A DNA stretch of 64,000 nt, from assembly GCA_030648435.1 (NCBI GenBank), contig JAUSHE010000014.1, positions 4,466 through 68,465 on the forward strand, read 5' to 3'. Positions 29,083-39,534 of the stretch are shown one piece after another. This DNA is from Candidatus Daviesbacteria bacterium. Lineage in GTDB: Bacteria; Patescibacteriota; Microgenomatia; Daviesbacterales; UBA10151. Below the pieces are notes generated by a model, which saw nothing but the letters and a program-made list of their open reading frames with translations, ran no database searches and was not told the DNA's origin. Made by a program: the position numbers and the translations under genes. Numbering within the stretch: position 1 is the stretch's first letter; every line of letters begins with the position of its first letter.

Positions 29083-30173
29083 TGAAAGTCGCAATTTATT
29101 CCCCATACCTAGATACTTTTGGTGGAGGAGAAAAATATATGATGACTATTGCTGAGGTGTTGTCATCGGATAATGAAGTAGAAATTTTATTGGATAAACA
29201 CCTTCTTGGTTTGGGAGCAGACTATTTAAAGCAGGAGTTATCACAAAGATTTGATCTAAATCTTAAAAAAACAAATTTTATAAAAAGTCCGCTGGGAGCA
29301 GGTTCGAATATCCTGGATAGAACCTTTTTTTTAAGAAAATATGATTTACTTTTCTATTTAACAGACGGAAGCATCTTTTATCCTACTGCCGGAAAAAACG
29401 TTTTACATATTCAATCTCCGTTAGTAGGGCAACCTGCAAAAAGTGTTTGGGGAAAACTTAAACTTAAAGGTTGGAATCTAATTATTTACAATTCAAACTT
29501 TACAAAAATTAATGCGGAGAGAAACTGGCCAACTAAATCAATGGTAATTTATCCCCCGGTTGATGTCGAGAAAATAAAACCTAAAAATAAGAAAAAATAC
29601 ATACTATCTGTAGGTAGATTTTTTGGTTATCTGAAAGATAAAAAGCAAGATATTCTAATCAAAACTTTTAGGGAACTTTATGAAGAAGGCAAAACCAATG
29701 AGTGGAGTTTACATTTGGCCGGAGCAGCTTCGGAGGGTGACCAGGCTTATCTTAAGGATTTAAAGAAATCAGCTCAAGGTTTGCCTATATTTTTTTATCC
29801 GAATATCAATCATGATAAATTAATTAGATTGTATGGTGAATCATCTATTTACTGGCATGCTTCGGGGTTTAAAGAGGATGATCCCGCGAAGATGGAACAT
29901 TTCGGTATATCTACAGTTGAAGCAATGGCGGCGGGATGTGTGCCAATTGTGATAAATAGAGGGGGACAGGCAGAAACTGTCCAAGACGGCAAAAACGGTT
30001 TATTATGGAATTCGCTGGAGGATATGAAAAAACTAACGGTTTCGTTAATTTCCGATCAACTTTTAATGAATAAATTATCAAAAGGCTGCAGACTTACAAG
30101 TCAAAGATTTTCCAAAGCTAAATTTGAAAAAGAAATTATCAAATTAGTGAAAATGGATAATGAATTTATTTAA
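29082..30173 (+). CDS. GT4 glycosyltransferase (ALG11-like signature)
   Basis: GGGEKY, NS.FT, VIYPPVD, ILSVGRFF and EHFGISTVEAMAAGCVP motifs. Confidence 0.85.
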   Translation: MKVAIYSPYLDTFGGGEKYMMTIAEVLSSDNEVEILLDKHLLGLGADYLKQELSQRFDLNLKKTNFIKSPLGAGSNILDRTFFLRKYDLLFYLTDGSIFYPTAGKNVLHIQSPLVGQPAKSVWGKLKLKGWNLIIYNSNFTKINAERNWPTKSMVIYPPVDVEKIKPKNKKKYILSVGRFFGYLKDKKQDILIKTFRELYEEGKTNEWSLHLAGAASEGDQAYLKDLKKSAQGLPIFFYPNINHDKLIRLYGESSIYWHASGFKEDDPAKMEHFGISTVEAMAAGCVPIVINRGGQAETVQDGKNGLLWNSLEDMKKLTVSLISDQLLMNKLSKGCRLTSQRFSKAKFEKEIIKLVKMDNEFI

Positions 30174-31413
30174 AAAAAATATATTTTGGGTAATAAATAT
30201 AATTTTATTAAGCTCAATTTTTAGAGTTTTTTTACTTGATTTAGTTGAATTCAAATCTGATGAGGCAATAACTGTTTATCAGATGATTCAATTTTTCGAT
30301 AGCCCGCATTTGATTGAACGGGGTTTGATTTCAGGTACAGGTGTATATAATTTCCCATTATTTAGTTATTTAATGATTCCGCTTTCGTTATGGTCCCGCG
30401 ACCCTATGATTTTAAGCGGGGTAATAGCGGTAATTAATAGTTTACTAATAGGGGCATTCTTTTTATTCGTTAGAAGATACTACAATTTAATGACAGCTGT
30501 CTTTTCATCTCTTCTTTTAGCGTTTTCCCCATGGGGAGTAATTTTTTCCCGCAAAATTTGGGCCCAGGATCTAATTTTCTTACTTTTTATTCCTTTTTTA
30601 TGGTTGCTGCATGAGTTGATTTTGAAAAAGAATTCAAAAGTTATTTTTCCTTTGTTTATACTTCTTGCTTTATTGATACAGCTTCATGGATCAGGATTAT
30701 TTTTATTTGCGGTAACTATAATAATTTTTCTTATTATGCGGATAAGAACAAATCCCGGAAGAGCTATCTGTGGATTTTTTGTAGGTTTAATACCAATTGT
30801 TCCATATATTGTTTTTCAGCTTGGTTCTATACCTTCCTGCCCGGATTGTGAGGCTTTTATGAAGTACCAGCAATCCATCCGTTCAGTTGACTTTAATAAT
30901 CTGTTTCGTCCTTTCCAAATAATTAGCGGTTTAGGCTATCATTTTGTTTTAGGAAAAAATTATTCAGACTTTATTGCTATTTATCCGGTTATTAACCAAT
31001 TAAAATATATTTTTACTCTTGGTGGCCTAGGAATCTTGGCAGGATTATTTTTTGTTTTCTTTAAAAAACAAAAAAATATTTTTCTTGTGATTTATTTTAT
31101 TTCTATTCCACTTTTGTATTTTATTACAAAAACAAGTGCCTATATGCATTATTTTGTTATTATATTACCAATAAGTGTGCTTTTGTTTGCTATCTTTGTA
31201 ACTGAGACCTATTCTTTTGTTAAGAAGAGATTTCTAAAGGTTTTAACAATAGGAATTTTTCTAATATTTTTAGGTTCCAACATCTTATTCATTTATTTCT
31301 TTAATAGCTTTTTGTACAATAAAAAAGATATCGAAGGGGATTATGGACCAATATACTTCTTAACCCGGGATCGTATTGAAAAAGGCATGAAAAATGACTC
31401 AATACTTAAATAA
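30160..31413 (+). CDS. ArnT-like GT-C glycosyltransferase
   Basis: EFKSDEA after TM1, NFPLF, FSPW..FSRKIWAQD and QLH motifs; about 10 TM helices; very short C-terminus. Confidence 0.72.
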   Translation: MNLFKKNIFWVINIILLSSIFRVFLLDLVEFKSDEAITVYQMIQFFDSPHLIERGLISGTGVYNFPLFSYLMIPLSLWSRDPMILSGVIAVINSLLIGAFFLFVRRYYNLMTAVFSSLLLAFSPWGVIFSRKIWAQDLIFLLFIPFLWLLHELILKKNSKVIFPLFILLALLIQLHGSGLFLFAVTIIIFLIMRIRTNPGRAICGFFVGLIPIVPYIVFQLGSIPSCPDCEAFMKYQQSIRSVDFNNLFRPFQIISGLGYHFVLGKNYSDFIAIYPVINQLKYIFTLGGLGILAGLFFVFFKKQKNIFLVIYFISIPLLYFITKTSAYMHYFVIILPISVLLFAIFVTETYSFVKKRFLKVLTIGIFLIFLGSNILFIYFFNSFLYNKKDIEGDYGPIYFLTRDRIEKGMKNDSILK

Positions 31414-32878
31414 ACTAAAAAAAATTACTGGACGGAGATCATTTCATGTGTTGATTTTCTTTTTGGTTTTAATTTTTACTTTCATTTTACGGACGCACAA
31501 TTTCGACCGTTTCCCCGTAATGGGTCATTTGGAAGAACAAATGTTTGCCTGGGCAGGAATTCATCTTATTGAGAGGGGCATACCTAGAGCATGGACTTCC
31601 TTAGATTTTCCGGAGAGGGCAGTTGTTTATAAAGGCGCGGTTTCTTACAACGGAGGGGATCCTGTTGTGCATGTTAAGTTAGTCGAACCGTGGCTTGAGC
31701 ATCCGCCGCTTTTTTCTCTTTTGGTAGGGGAGTTTGCTCATCTATATAAAGCTAACAGGGACGATGTTGTTCCCACTTCTTTTATAAGAACTCCTTTAAT
31801 GATTGCTGCGCTATTAGTTTCTATAATGATCTTTCTTGTTGCCAGACTAATATCAGGTTATTGGAGCGGCATTTTAGCGATGCTTATTTATGGCGTAACG
31901 CCTATTTTGGTTCTTGGTTCGAGACTGGCTGTTCCGGAAAATATAATAGCACTTCTTTATATTGCGGTTATTTATTTACTTATCAAATTTCAGCTTCATC
32001 AAAAATTTAGGTTTTTACTCACAATTCCTTTATTGGTGGGCATAGCAGGACTTTCTAAAGCTACCGGTTTTTTCATTATATTTCTGGCAATTTATACTGT
32101 TTTGATAAAGCAGAAATATAAATACGCCCTTTACCTTTTTGCGGCAATATTGCCCTTTATTGCCCTGTTTTTTGCTTACGGTCTTTATTTTGATCCGGAG
32201 ATTTTTTGGCGAATTAATGCTATTCAGTCATCCCGTCCGGTAGGTTTTGCGTCTTTGGGTTGGTTTTTTGTTTCGCCTGCTTTTGATATTAATGAATTGC
32301 TAGACGGTTGGTTTATCTTTTTACTTCTTTCGGCAGCATTTTTCCTTTTTTCTCCTCTTTCGGGTCTAAAAAGATTTATAAGTTTGGCTTTTGTTTTTTG
32401 GATAGCCGTAGTAATGTTTTCAGGAGGGGAGGCAGACTTGCTTCCCTGGTACAGGTATCCTGCGTATCCGTTACTTGCGATCTTAGGAGCCTGGGGTTTG
32501 CAAGTTTTAGTTAAACGTGCTGATCTTTTTGCCACATTTCTCATAGCGGGTTTGTTTCTGGGAGGCAGAACGCTGTTGGTTAACGCTTTCCGTCCCAATG
32601 TATCTCCGATGAATTTCAGGATTATTTTTTCTTTACTTATGTTGCCGTCTCTTTTAAATTCGATTTTTACCCGATCTTATTTGGAAAAAATAAATAAACT
32701 GTTTCTAATACTGATTATTGCAGTCGGCATGTATTTCAATATTATCTATATATATAACGTTTTTGAATTAAAGTGCGAAAGTAAGACTTGCGCTTTTGGG
32801 CCTACAACGAAGCTATCCACCGTTAATTTTCCGTTTTTCTGGCGTTGGTTTGTTTTGGGTGAGCCCACATTAAAGTAA
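31394..32878 (+). CDS. ArnT-like GT-C glycosyltransferase
   Basis: LEEQMFAW, LEHPPLF, SRLAVPEN, GLSK..G and WYRYP motifs; many TM helices. Confidence 0.7.
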   Translation: MTQYLNKLKKITGRRSFHVLIFFLVLIFTFILRTHNFDRFPVMGHLEEQMFAWAGIHLIERGIPRAWTSLDFPERAVVYKGAVSYNGGDPVVHVKLVEPWLEHPPLFSLLVGEFAHLYKANRDDVVPTSFIRTPLMIAALLVSIMIFLVARLISGYWSGILAMLIYGVTPILVLGSRLAVPENIIALLYIAVIYLLIKFQLHQKFRFLLTIPLLVGIAGLSKATGFFIIFLAIYTVLIKQKYKYALYLFAAILPFIALFFAYGLYFDPEIFWRINAIQSSRPVGFASLGWFFVSPAFDINELLDGWFIFLLLSAAFFLFSPLSGLKRFISLAFVFWIAVVMFSGGEADLLPWYRYPAYPLLAILGAWGLQVLVKRADLFATFLIAGLFLGGRTLLVNAFRPNVSPMNFRIIFSLLMLPSLLNSIFTRSYLEKINKLFLILIIAVGMYFNIIYIYNVFELKCESKTCAFGPTTKLSTVNFPFFWRWFVLGEPTLK

Positions 32879-32881
32879 AAA

Positions 32882-34495
32882 ATGTATAAAAAAGTAAATA
32901 TCTTTTCGTTTTGTTTAATTCTGCTGGTAGCTTTCTTTTTAAGATTCTATCAGATTAATAATATCCCGCCGTCTTTAAACTGGGATGAAGTGTCAATTGG
33001 CTATAATGCTTATTCAATATTGAAGACCGGTAGAGATGAGTGGGGACAATTTTTGCCTTTAAGTTTCAGGGCTTTTGGGGATTATAAATTACCGCTTTAT
33101 ATTTATCTTGATGCGCCGTTTGTGGCGCTTTTGGGTCTGACTGAAGCGGCAGTCAGGTTGCCTTCGGTACTTTCAGGAATGGGAGTTGTTGTTCTTGTTT
33201 TTCTGATACTAAAAGAATTAACTAAAAGTTTTTACCTTTCTCTTTGGGGAATGTTTATCAGTGCTACTTTGCCATGGCTGGTGGTCTTTTCCCGTATCGC
33301 ACTTGAGGCAAATCTGGCTTTGTTTTTAACCACAGCATCGTTCTATCTATTATTGCTTGCACGCAGAAAAAAAATATTACTGTTTTTTTCTGCAGTTTTG
33401 TTGGGATTATCAATTTTTTCTTATAACAGCAGTAGGGTATTAGTTATTCTGTTTTTGTTGCTTGGTATTGTATTTTACAGAAACTTTAAAAAGAAAGAAA
33501 TACTTTTACCGTTAGTTATTATAATAATATTTATTCTGATTGCCTTTTTTCAGGCGGTTACGGTAGATTCGGGAGCAAGATATAAATGGACAACTATTTT
33601 GGATGAAGGGGCGATCACAAGAATCAATCAGCTCCGTGGACTCTCCGGTTTGCCGTCGCTCCTTAATCAGTTGATTCATAATAAAGCGACATATTTTATA
33701 ACAGAGGCCTCAAAAAATTATATCTATCATTTTGATCCGTACTTTTTGTTTATAAACGGAGGGTCGAATTTTCAATTTTCTATTCCCGGTTCAGGTCAGA
33801 TTTATTTAAGTTTGTTGCCTTTGATTGTATTGGGAATATGGAAGATGATGTGTGAGCGAAAAGGATGGCAGTTGTTTATACTTGGGTGGCTTCTTATTTC
33901 GCCAATCCCAGGGGCTATTACAAGGGACGCACCTCATTCTTTAAGGGCAATTTTTATGACCGTGCCGTTAGTTTTAATTGCAGTTATGGGAATAAAACGG
34001 ATTCAGGATTCTATATCCGGCAAAATTTTTATTTTGTTAACTATTTTAATGGTGCTGTTATTATCGATTAGTGCTTTTGTTTTCTGGCAAAACTATGGTA
34101 ATGATTATCAGAAAAATTATTCATGGTCATGGCAGTACGGATATAAACAGGTTATGGAATTTGTTCATACCAATGGGAATAATTACGATAGGATTATTTT
34201 TACAAAAAGATATGGTGAACCACACGAATTCCTGCTTTTCTATTTACAATATGATCCCTTAAAGTATCAAACTAATGAAACCTTAATAAGATATGAGCGG
34301 TCGGATTGGTTTTGGGTAGACAGGTTTGATAAGTTTGAATTTATTAATGATTGGGAGATTAAAGATAAGGTTTTAGGCGCAAATAATACTCTCTTAATCA
34401 CCAGTCCGGGTAATTATCCAATAGGATCTCAGGTTTTAGAAACAATCAAATTTTTGGACGGGAAAGCCGCCTTTGACATAGCAGCAGTGAACTAG
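32882..34495 (+). CDS. ArnT/PMT_2-like GT-C, paralog 2
   Basis: LNWDEVSIGYNAYSILKTGRDEWG, DYKLPLYIY, VRLPS, FSRIALE, PHSLRA and WQYG motifs. Confidence 0.8.
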   Translation: MYKKVNIFSFCLILLVAFFLRFYQINNIPPSLNWDEVSIGYNAYSILKTGRDEWGQFLPLSFRAFGDYKLPLYIYLDAPFVALLGLTEAAVRLPSVLSGMGVVVLVFLILKELTKSFYLSLWGMFISATLPWLVVFSRIALEANLALFLTTASFYLLLLARRKKILLFFSAVLLGLSIFSYNSSRVLVILFLLLGIVFYRNFKKKEILLPLVIIIIFILIAFFQAVTVDSGARYKWTTILDEGAITRINQLRGLSGLPSLLNQLIHNKATYFITEASKNYIYHFDPYFLFINGGSNFQFSIPGSGQIYLSLLPLIVLGIWKMMCERKGWQLFILGWLLISPIPGAITRDAPHSLRAIFMTVPLVLIAVMGIKRIQDSISGKIFILLTILMVLLLSISAFVFWQNYGNDYQKNYSWSWQYGYKQVMEFVHTNGNNYDRIIFTKRYGEPHEFLLFYLQYDPLKYQTNETLIRYERSDWFWVDRFDKFEFINDWEIKDKVLGANNTLLITSPGNYPIGSQVLETIKFLDGKAAFDIAAVN

Positions 34496-34507
34496 CTAAA
34501 GTATAAT
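34473..34507 (+). promoter_or_regulatory. Putative internal promoter
   Basis: TATAAT at 34502-34507, 6 nt before ATG 34514. TTGACA at 34473-34478 is 18 nt from an alternative TAAAGT at 34497-34502. Confidence 0.5.
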
Positions 34508-34513
34508 TAAAGT

Positions 34514-36121
34514 ATGAGGATTTTAGTAGGGATTTTTATATTAGGTTTCATTTTAAGAGTTATTCTATTGGATGTTGCACCTCCCGGGTTTAATGCCGAT
34601 GAGGCGGCATTGGGTTATAATGCATATTCTTTACTTCAGACCGGTAAAGATGAATGGGGAGCCAGTTTCCCGCTTGTTTTTAGGTCTTTTTCCGATTATA
34701 AACCAGGACTTTATGTTTATCTGGCGCTTCCTTTTGTTGCAGTACTTGGACTTTCAGAATTCGCAGTTAGATTGCCATCTATTTTGCTGGGAACTTTTTC
34801 GATAGTTCTTATTTATTTTCTTGCACAAGAGCTGTTCAAAAAAGAAACTGTGGCACTAGCTTGCGCCTTTCTTTTGGCTATTTCTCCCTGGCACATACAT
34901 TTTTCAAGAGGTGCCTGGGAAGCTAATGTAGCTACGTTTTTTATTCTTTTAGGAGTTTACTCTTTTATTAAATTTTTTAGGGATAAACGCTTTTTATGGG
35001 TCTCTGTAATATCCTTTATTGCTTCAATGTATGCTTATCAAGGCCCAAGGATTGTAGTGCCTGTATTAGTTCTGTTACTTGTGATTTTCTATTTTAGAAG
35101 ATTAAGTTTAAAGAAAAATATTTCGGTAATAGTATTTGCCGTTATTTTATTATTGCCAATGTTTTTTATTTTAATTAGCTCGGCTGGTTTAGCAAGATTT
35201 CAAGGCGTATCAATATTTTCTGATAAGGGTCCGTTAAACCGCATCAACGAGGAAAGGGGCGAACATTCAGATGGATCAGTTTTAAGTAGAATCTTTCATA
35301 ATAAAGTAGAGGCTTATACAAGTGACTTTTTAAATCATTATCTTGATCATTTTGATCCTAATTTTCTTTTTACTGCAGGTGATCCACTCAAAAGAAATGG
35401 AATTCCTGATATTGGGCAGATGTATTTCTTCGAAATAGTTACATTTCTTGCCGGATTATATTTTTTGCTGAAGAATAGATTTGAAAATACAAAAATAATC
35501 CTTCTTTGGTTGATGGTAGCTCCTTTAGCTTCCTCTTTGACTTTTCAAACGCCACATGCCATAAGGGCACATAATATGGTTATTCCGCTGACCTTAATTT
35601 CTGGTTTGGGGCTCGGTATGTTATGGGAGAGCGTATTTAAACTGCGCTGGTATATAAGAAATCTGTTATTAGGTACAGTAGTTTTAACCGTATGTATTTC
35701 TTTGGCAGTTTTTTTAGACAGATATTTCGTACATTCCCCAAAGAAATATGCGCTTGAGTGGGAATATGGTTTTTCGCAAGCGATTGCATACATTGCTCAG
35801 AATAATGATAAATATCAGAAAATTGTTATGACAGATAGGTATGATCAACCGTATATACTATTCCTTTTTTATTCTAAGTACGATCCGGCTCAATATCAAA
35901 AAGAATATAAAGCAATAGGAGATAATAAGTTTGGTTTTTCAACGATTAATTCATTTAATAAATATGAATTTAGACCAATAGGGAAAGAAGAGATTGGAAA
36001 CCATAAAAATACGTTATTTATCGGAACAGAAGAAGAGATTGGTGAAAAAGGAGATTTATTAAAAATAATTAATTTTCCGAACGACAAACCAGTATTCAAG
36101 ATAGTAGGCACTCAGAGATGA
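34514..36121 (+). CDS. ArnT/PMT_2-like GT-C, paralog 3
   Basis: FNADEAALGYNAYSLLQTGKDEWG, DYKPGLY, SPWHIHFSRGAWE, PHAIRA and WEYG motifs. Confidence 0.8.
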   Translation: MRILVGIFILGFILRVILLDVAPPGFNADEAALGYNAYSLLQTGKDEWGASFPLVFRSFSDYKPGLYVYLALPFVAVLGLSEFAVRLPSILLGTFSIVLIYFLAQELFKKETVALACAFLLAISPWHIHFSRGAWEANVATFFILLGVYSFIKFFRDKRFLWVSVISFIASMYAYQGPRIVVPVLVLLLVIFYFRRLSLKKNISVIVFAVILLLPMFFILISSAGLARFQGVSIFSDKGPLNRINEERGEHSDGSVLSRIFHNKVEAYTSDFLNHYLDHFDPNFLFTAGDPLKRNGIPDIGQMYFFEIVTFLAGLYFLLKNRFENTKIILLWLMVAPLASSLTFQTPHAIRAHNMVIPLTLISGLGLGMLWESVFKLRWYIRNLLLGTVVLTVCISLAVFLDRYFVHSPKKYALEWEYGFSQAIAYIAQNNDKYQKIVMTDRYDQPYILFLFYSKYDPAQYQKEYKAIGDNKFGFSTINSFNKYEFRPIGKEEIGNHKNTLFIGTEEEIGEKGDLLKIINFPNDKPVFKIVGTQR

Positions 36122-37710
36122 CTCCGAGAATAAAGATAGTTTTGCTGATAATAATTGTTCTCTCGGCATTTTTGAGGTTGTATAAGCTAAATTCTATACC
36201 ATCAGCGCTAAATTGGGATGAAGCGGCAGCAGGTTATAATGCATATACGATTGCTAATTGGGGAAGAGATGAGGGTGGAAATGTTTTACCTCTTGTTTTC
36301 ACTTCTTTTTATGACGATAAACATCCTGTTCATATCTATATAACTGCTATTTTTGTTAAGCTTTTTGGATTGTCGGATTTTACTGTCAGATTACCTAGCG
36401 CTGTAATTGGCATATTTAGTGTTTTGGTAATTTTTTATTTGGCACGGATTCTTTTCAAAAATAATCTGATAGCATTATTATCTGCTTTGTTTTTAGCTGT
36501 TTCCCCGTATCATATACAATTTTCAAGGGGGCTTTGGGAAGTCAATTTCGCCCTTTTTTTCTTCTTACTGGGCCTATTATTTTTTTTCTTAGCCTTACAG
36601 AATAAAAGAAAACTTTTGAGCTTAGCTTTTTTAAGTTTTGGATTCAGTATTTTTTCTTACCACTCATCAAAGATTGTGGTTCCGATTGTTGTTTTATTGC
36701 TGATCCTGTTATATTTTAAGGATTTAAGAAAACTTTCTTGGAATTTTTATAGCGGGTTATTAATTTTTTTTGTATTTATTACACTACTTTTTATTGATAC
36801 CAGACTTCTCGGAACGGCGAGAGCTAAACAAACTCAATTCTCCAGGGATATTATTGAGAAAACTCAAATCTTTCAAAAAACAAATAATTCTTTCCTTGGT
36901 GTAGGAGAAATTATCCTTAAACAGTATATAACTCATTTTACTCCGCAATATCTTTTTATTTCCGGCGATCAGAGCCCCAGAACTTCTATCAAAGTTATCG
37001 GAGAATTCTATAAAATTGATGCATTTTTTATTCTGGTTGGACTATTTTTTCTGTTGAAAATGAGGTCTAAGGCATCTATGATCATCCTTGCTTGGTTGAT
37101 ATTGGCTCCGATACCTGCCAGTCTGGTTAAAGGCGCTCCCAGCGCCAATAGGGCGGTTTTTATGATGGGGAATTTGCATCTTTTGTCGGCCATAGGTGCA
37201 GCTTCCATCGTCGGATTATTTAAACAAAGATTAAGGATATATATTTTAATAATTATTCTCTTCGTCGTAAGTTTGCAGGTTTATTCCTATACTAATTACT
37301 ATTTTAATGTTTATCCTTTGAAAGATCCTCATGAATGGCAATATGGAATGAAACAAGTAGTGGAATTTGTAAAATTGCATCCGGAGTATAATCAAGTTTA
37401 TATCACAGATATCCGATCGCAACCGTATATCTTTTTCCTGTTGTATCTAAAAACTCCATTACCTGAGTTCCTGAATACTGTGGTCTATAATCGTGGTGAA
37501 ATCAAAAAAACTAGTGTAGTTGCCTATTTTGATAAATATTATTTCGGAGGATGGGATCCGATTGAAAGTATGCCTACGCCTGGAGTATTATATGTTTTGA
37601 GCCCAAGTCAATATGATGGTTTAAAACACAGATCTGATTTTGATGTAAAAAAAATTATTCATTTTCCCGATGGGGGAGATGATTTTTTTCTAGTCAGCGC
37701 AGAATTATGA
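36118..37710 (+). CDS. ArnT/PMT_2-like GT-C, paralog 4
   Basis: LNWDEAAAGYNAYTIANWGRDE, DDKHP, SPYHIQFSRGLWE, PSANRA and WQYG motifs. Confidence 0.8.
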   Translation: MTPRIKIVLLIIIVLSAFLRLYKLNSIPSALNWDEAAAGYNAYTIANWGRDEGGNVLPLVFTSFYDDKHPVHIYITAIFVKLFGLSDFTVRLPSAVIGIFSVLVIFYLARILFKNNLIALLSALFLAVSPYHIQFSRGLWEVNFALFFFLLGLLFFFLALQNKRKLLSLAFLSFGFSIFSYHSSKIVVPIVVLLLILLYFKDLRKLSWNFYSGLLIFFVFITLLFIDTRLLGTARAKQTQFSRDIIEKTQIFQKTNNSFLGVGEIILKQYITHFTPQYLFISGDQSPRTSIKVIGEFYKIDAFFILVGLFFLLKMRSKASMIILAWLILAPIPASLVKGAPSANRAVFMMGNLHLLSAIGAASIVGLFKQRLRIYILIIILFVVSLQVYSYTNYYFNVYPLKDPHEWQYGMKQVVEFVKLHPEYNQVYITDIRSQPYIFFLLYLKTPLPEFLNTVVYNRGEIKKTSVVAYFDKYYFGGWDPIESMPTPGVLYVLSPSQYDGLKHRSDFDVKKIIHFPDGGDDFFLVSAEL

Positions 37711-38477
37711 AAAAAATATCTGTAGTGTTAGCGGTTTATAACGAAGAAGATAACTTAAGAAATTGTCTTGAGTCAATAAAGGATTTTGCGTGGGAGATAG
37801 TAATTGTGGATGGTGGGTCAAAAGATAAGACTCTGGATATAGCGAAAGAATTTGGCGCTAAAATTATCCAAACAAATAATCCGCCAGTTTTCCATATTAA
37901 TAAAAATAAAGCAATAGATGCAAGCCACGGAGATTGGATATTACAGCTTGATGCTGACGAAGTAGTGACAGAAGATTTAGCAGAAGAAATTGAACGGGTA
38001 ACCAGTTCTAAATCAGATATTAATGGATACTGGATTCCCCGTAAGAATTTCTTCTTAGGAAGGTATTTAACAAAAGGCGGGCAGTATCCGGATTATACTC
38101 TAAGGCTTTACAGGCAGGGAAGTGGCCGACTGCCGGCAAAGGATGTTCATGAACAGGCGGAGGTTTCAGGGAAAGTAGGTTATTTAAGAAATGATTTGCT
38201 CCACGAAAGAGACAAAGTTTTTTCAGAGTATCTAAAGCGATTTAACCGTTATACTGATCTGCTGGCTTCTCAATTAAAGGAAAAGGGTGTGAATGTTAAT
38301 AGAATTTCATTCTTTAGTTATATTTTTGTTAAACCGCTTTTTTGGTTTTTTAAAGTTTTTGTAAGACACAAAGGGTTTATGGACGGATTTCCCGGATTTG
38401 TTTTTGCATTCTTTTCCTCTCTGCGGTTTCCTGTATCTTATTTAAAACTATGGAGAAAATATGAAAATCGCAATTAA
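37707..38477 (+). CDS. GT2 glycosyltransferase, WaaE/KdtX-like
   Basis: ISVVLAVYNEE, VDGGSKDKT, DWILQLDADE, YPDY.LRL, VHEQ, NRYT and GFMDG motifs. Confidence 0.82.
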   Translation: MKKISVVLAVYNEEDNLRNCLESIKDFAWEIVIVDGGSKDKTLDIAKEFGAKIIQTNNPPVFHINKNKAIDASHGDWILQLDADEVVTEDLAEEIERVTSSKSDINGYWIPRKNFFLGRYLTKGGQYPDYTLRLYRQGSGRLPAKDVHEQAEVSGKVGYLRNDLLHERDKVFSEYLKRFNRYTDLLASQLKEKGVNVNRISFFSYIFVKPLFWFFKVFVRHKGFMDGFPGFVFAFFSSLRFPVSYLKLWRKYENRN

Positions 38478-39528
38478 TATACATCCATTAAAAAGTGGTC
38501 ACAGAGATAGGGGTATTGGTAAATATACCGTTAATTTGATTGAGAATATGAAGCGATATGTTGATATGGAAATTCAGGAATTCACTGATCTTTCTGAACT
38601 GAAGGATGTAGATATAGTACATTATCCATGGTTCGATTTTTTCGCACATACCCTACCAATTAAAAAACAATTTAAAACTGTTGTTACAATTCACGATGTA
38701 ATTCCATTACTTTATCCCGAAAGGTATCCGGTTGGACTATTCGGAAGATTTAATTTTCTGCTCCAAAGGCTGGCATTAAGAAATTGTTTTATTATCACTG
38801 ATTCCGAAATTTCAAGAATTGATATAAACAGATATTTACATGTTATTGAAGAAAAAATTCAAGTAGTACATTTAGCTGCAAATAAAGATTTTAAGCCTCT
38901 GAATGACACTAAGCTTTTATTTACCAAAAGGAAATATAATTTACCCAGTAGTTTTATACTATATGTGGGAGATGCAAACTGGACAAAAAATTTACCATTT
39001 CTGATTGAAGGTTTTAAAAAGTTAATTGGGATTGCTGATTTTAAAGATACAAAGCTAGTATTTGTTGGCGGTGTTTTTTTAAAAAATGTTGAAAACATAG
39101 ACCATCCGGAACTTGAAAGCTTAAAAAGGGTTAATAAATTGATTAAGGACATGAACCTGGAGCAAAATATTATGAGGATTGGCAATTTAAGCGTAGAAGA
39201 CTTAGTGGCTTTTTATAATTTAGCTACAGTATATGTTCAGCCTTCCTTATATGAGGGGTTTGGATTGCCAATTATAGAAGCTTTTGCTTGCGGTACGCCT
39301 GTGATTTCATCTAATAAAGGAAGCCTAAAGGAAGTAGGACGAGATGCCGCTGTGTATTTTGATCCGACTAACCTCGATCAATTCGTATCAATCCTAAGAG
39401 AAGTTTTACAGGATAAATCTCAACAGAATAAATTATCCAAATTAGGATTTGAACAAGCTAAGAAATATTCTTGGGAAAAAGTTGCGAAAGAAACAGCCGA
39501 TGTATATCAGTATATCGTAGAACATTAG
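38461..39528 (+). CDS. GT4 glycosyltransferase (MtfB/WbpX-like mannosyl/rhamnosyltransferase family)
   Basis: RGIGKY, VVTIHDVIP, ILYVG..KN, PSLYEGFGLPIIEAFACGTPV and YSWEKVA motifs. Confidence 0.85.
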   Translation: MKIAINIHPLKSGHRDRGIGKYTVNLIENMKRYVDMEIQEFTDLSELKDVDIVHYPWFDFFAHTLPIKKQFKTVVTIHDVIPLLYPERYPVGLFGRFNFLLQRLALRNCFIITDSEISRIDINRYLHVIEEKIQVVHLAANKDFKPLNDTKLLFTKRKYNLPSSFILYVGDANWTKNLPFLIEGFKKLIGIADFKDTKLVFVGGVFLKNVENIDHPELESLKRVNKLIKDMNLEQNIMRIGNLSVEDLVAFYNLATVYVQPSLYEGFGLPIIEAFACGTPVISSNKGSLKEVGRDAAVYFDPTNLDQFVSILREVLQDKSQQNKLSKLGFEQAKKYSWEKVAKETADVYQYIVEH

Positions 39529-39534
39529 AATAAT

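Noticed and set aside
35985-36042. Short direct repeat AAGAAGAGATTGG (KEEIG/EEEIG)
   Set aside because: Only two copies inside a coding region; not CRISPR-like and plausibly a chance or local duplication.
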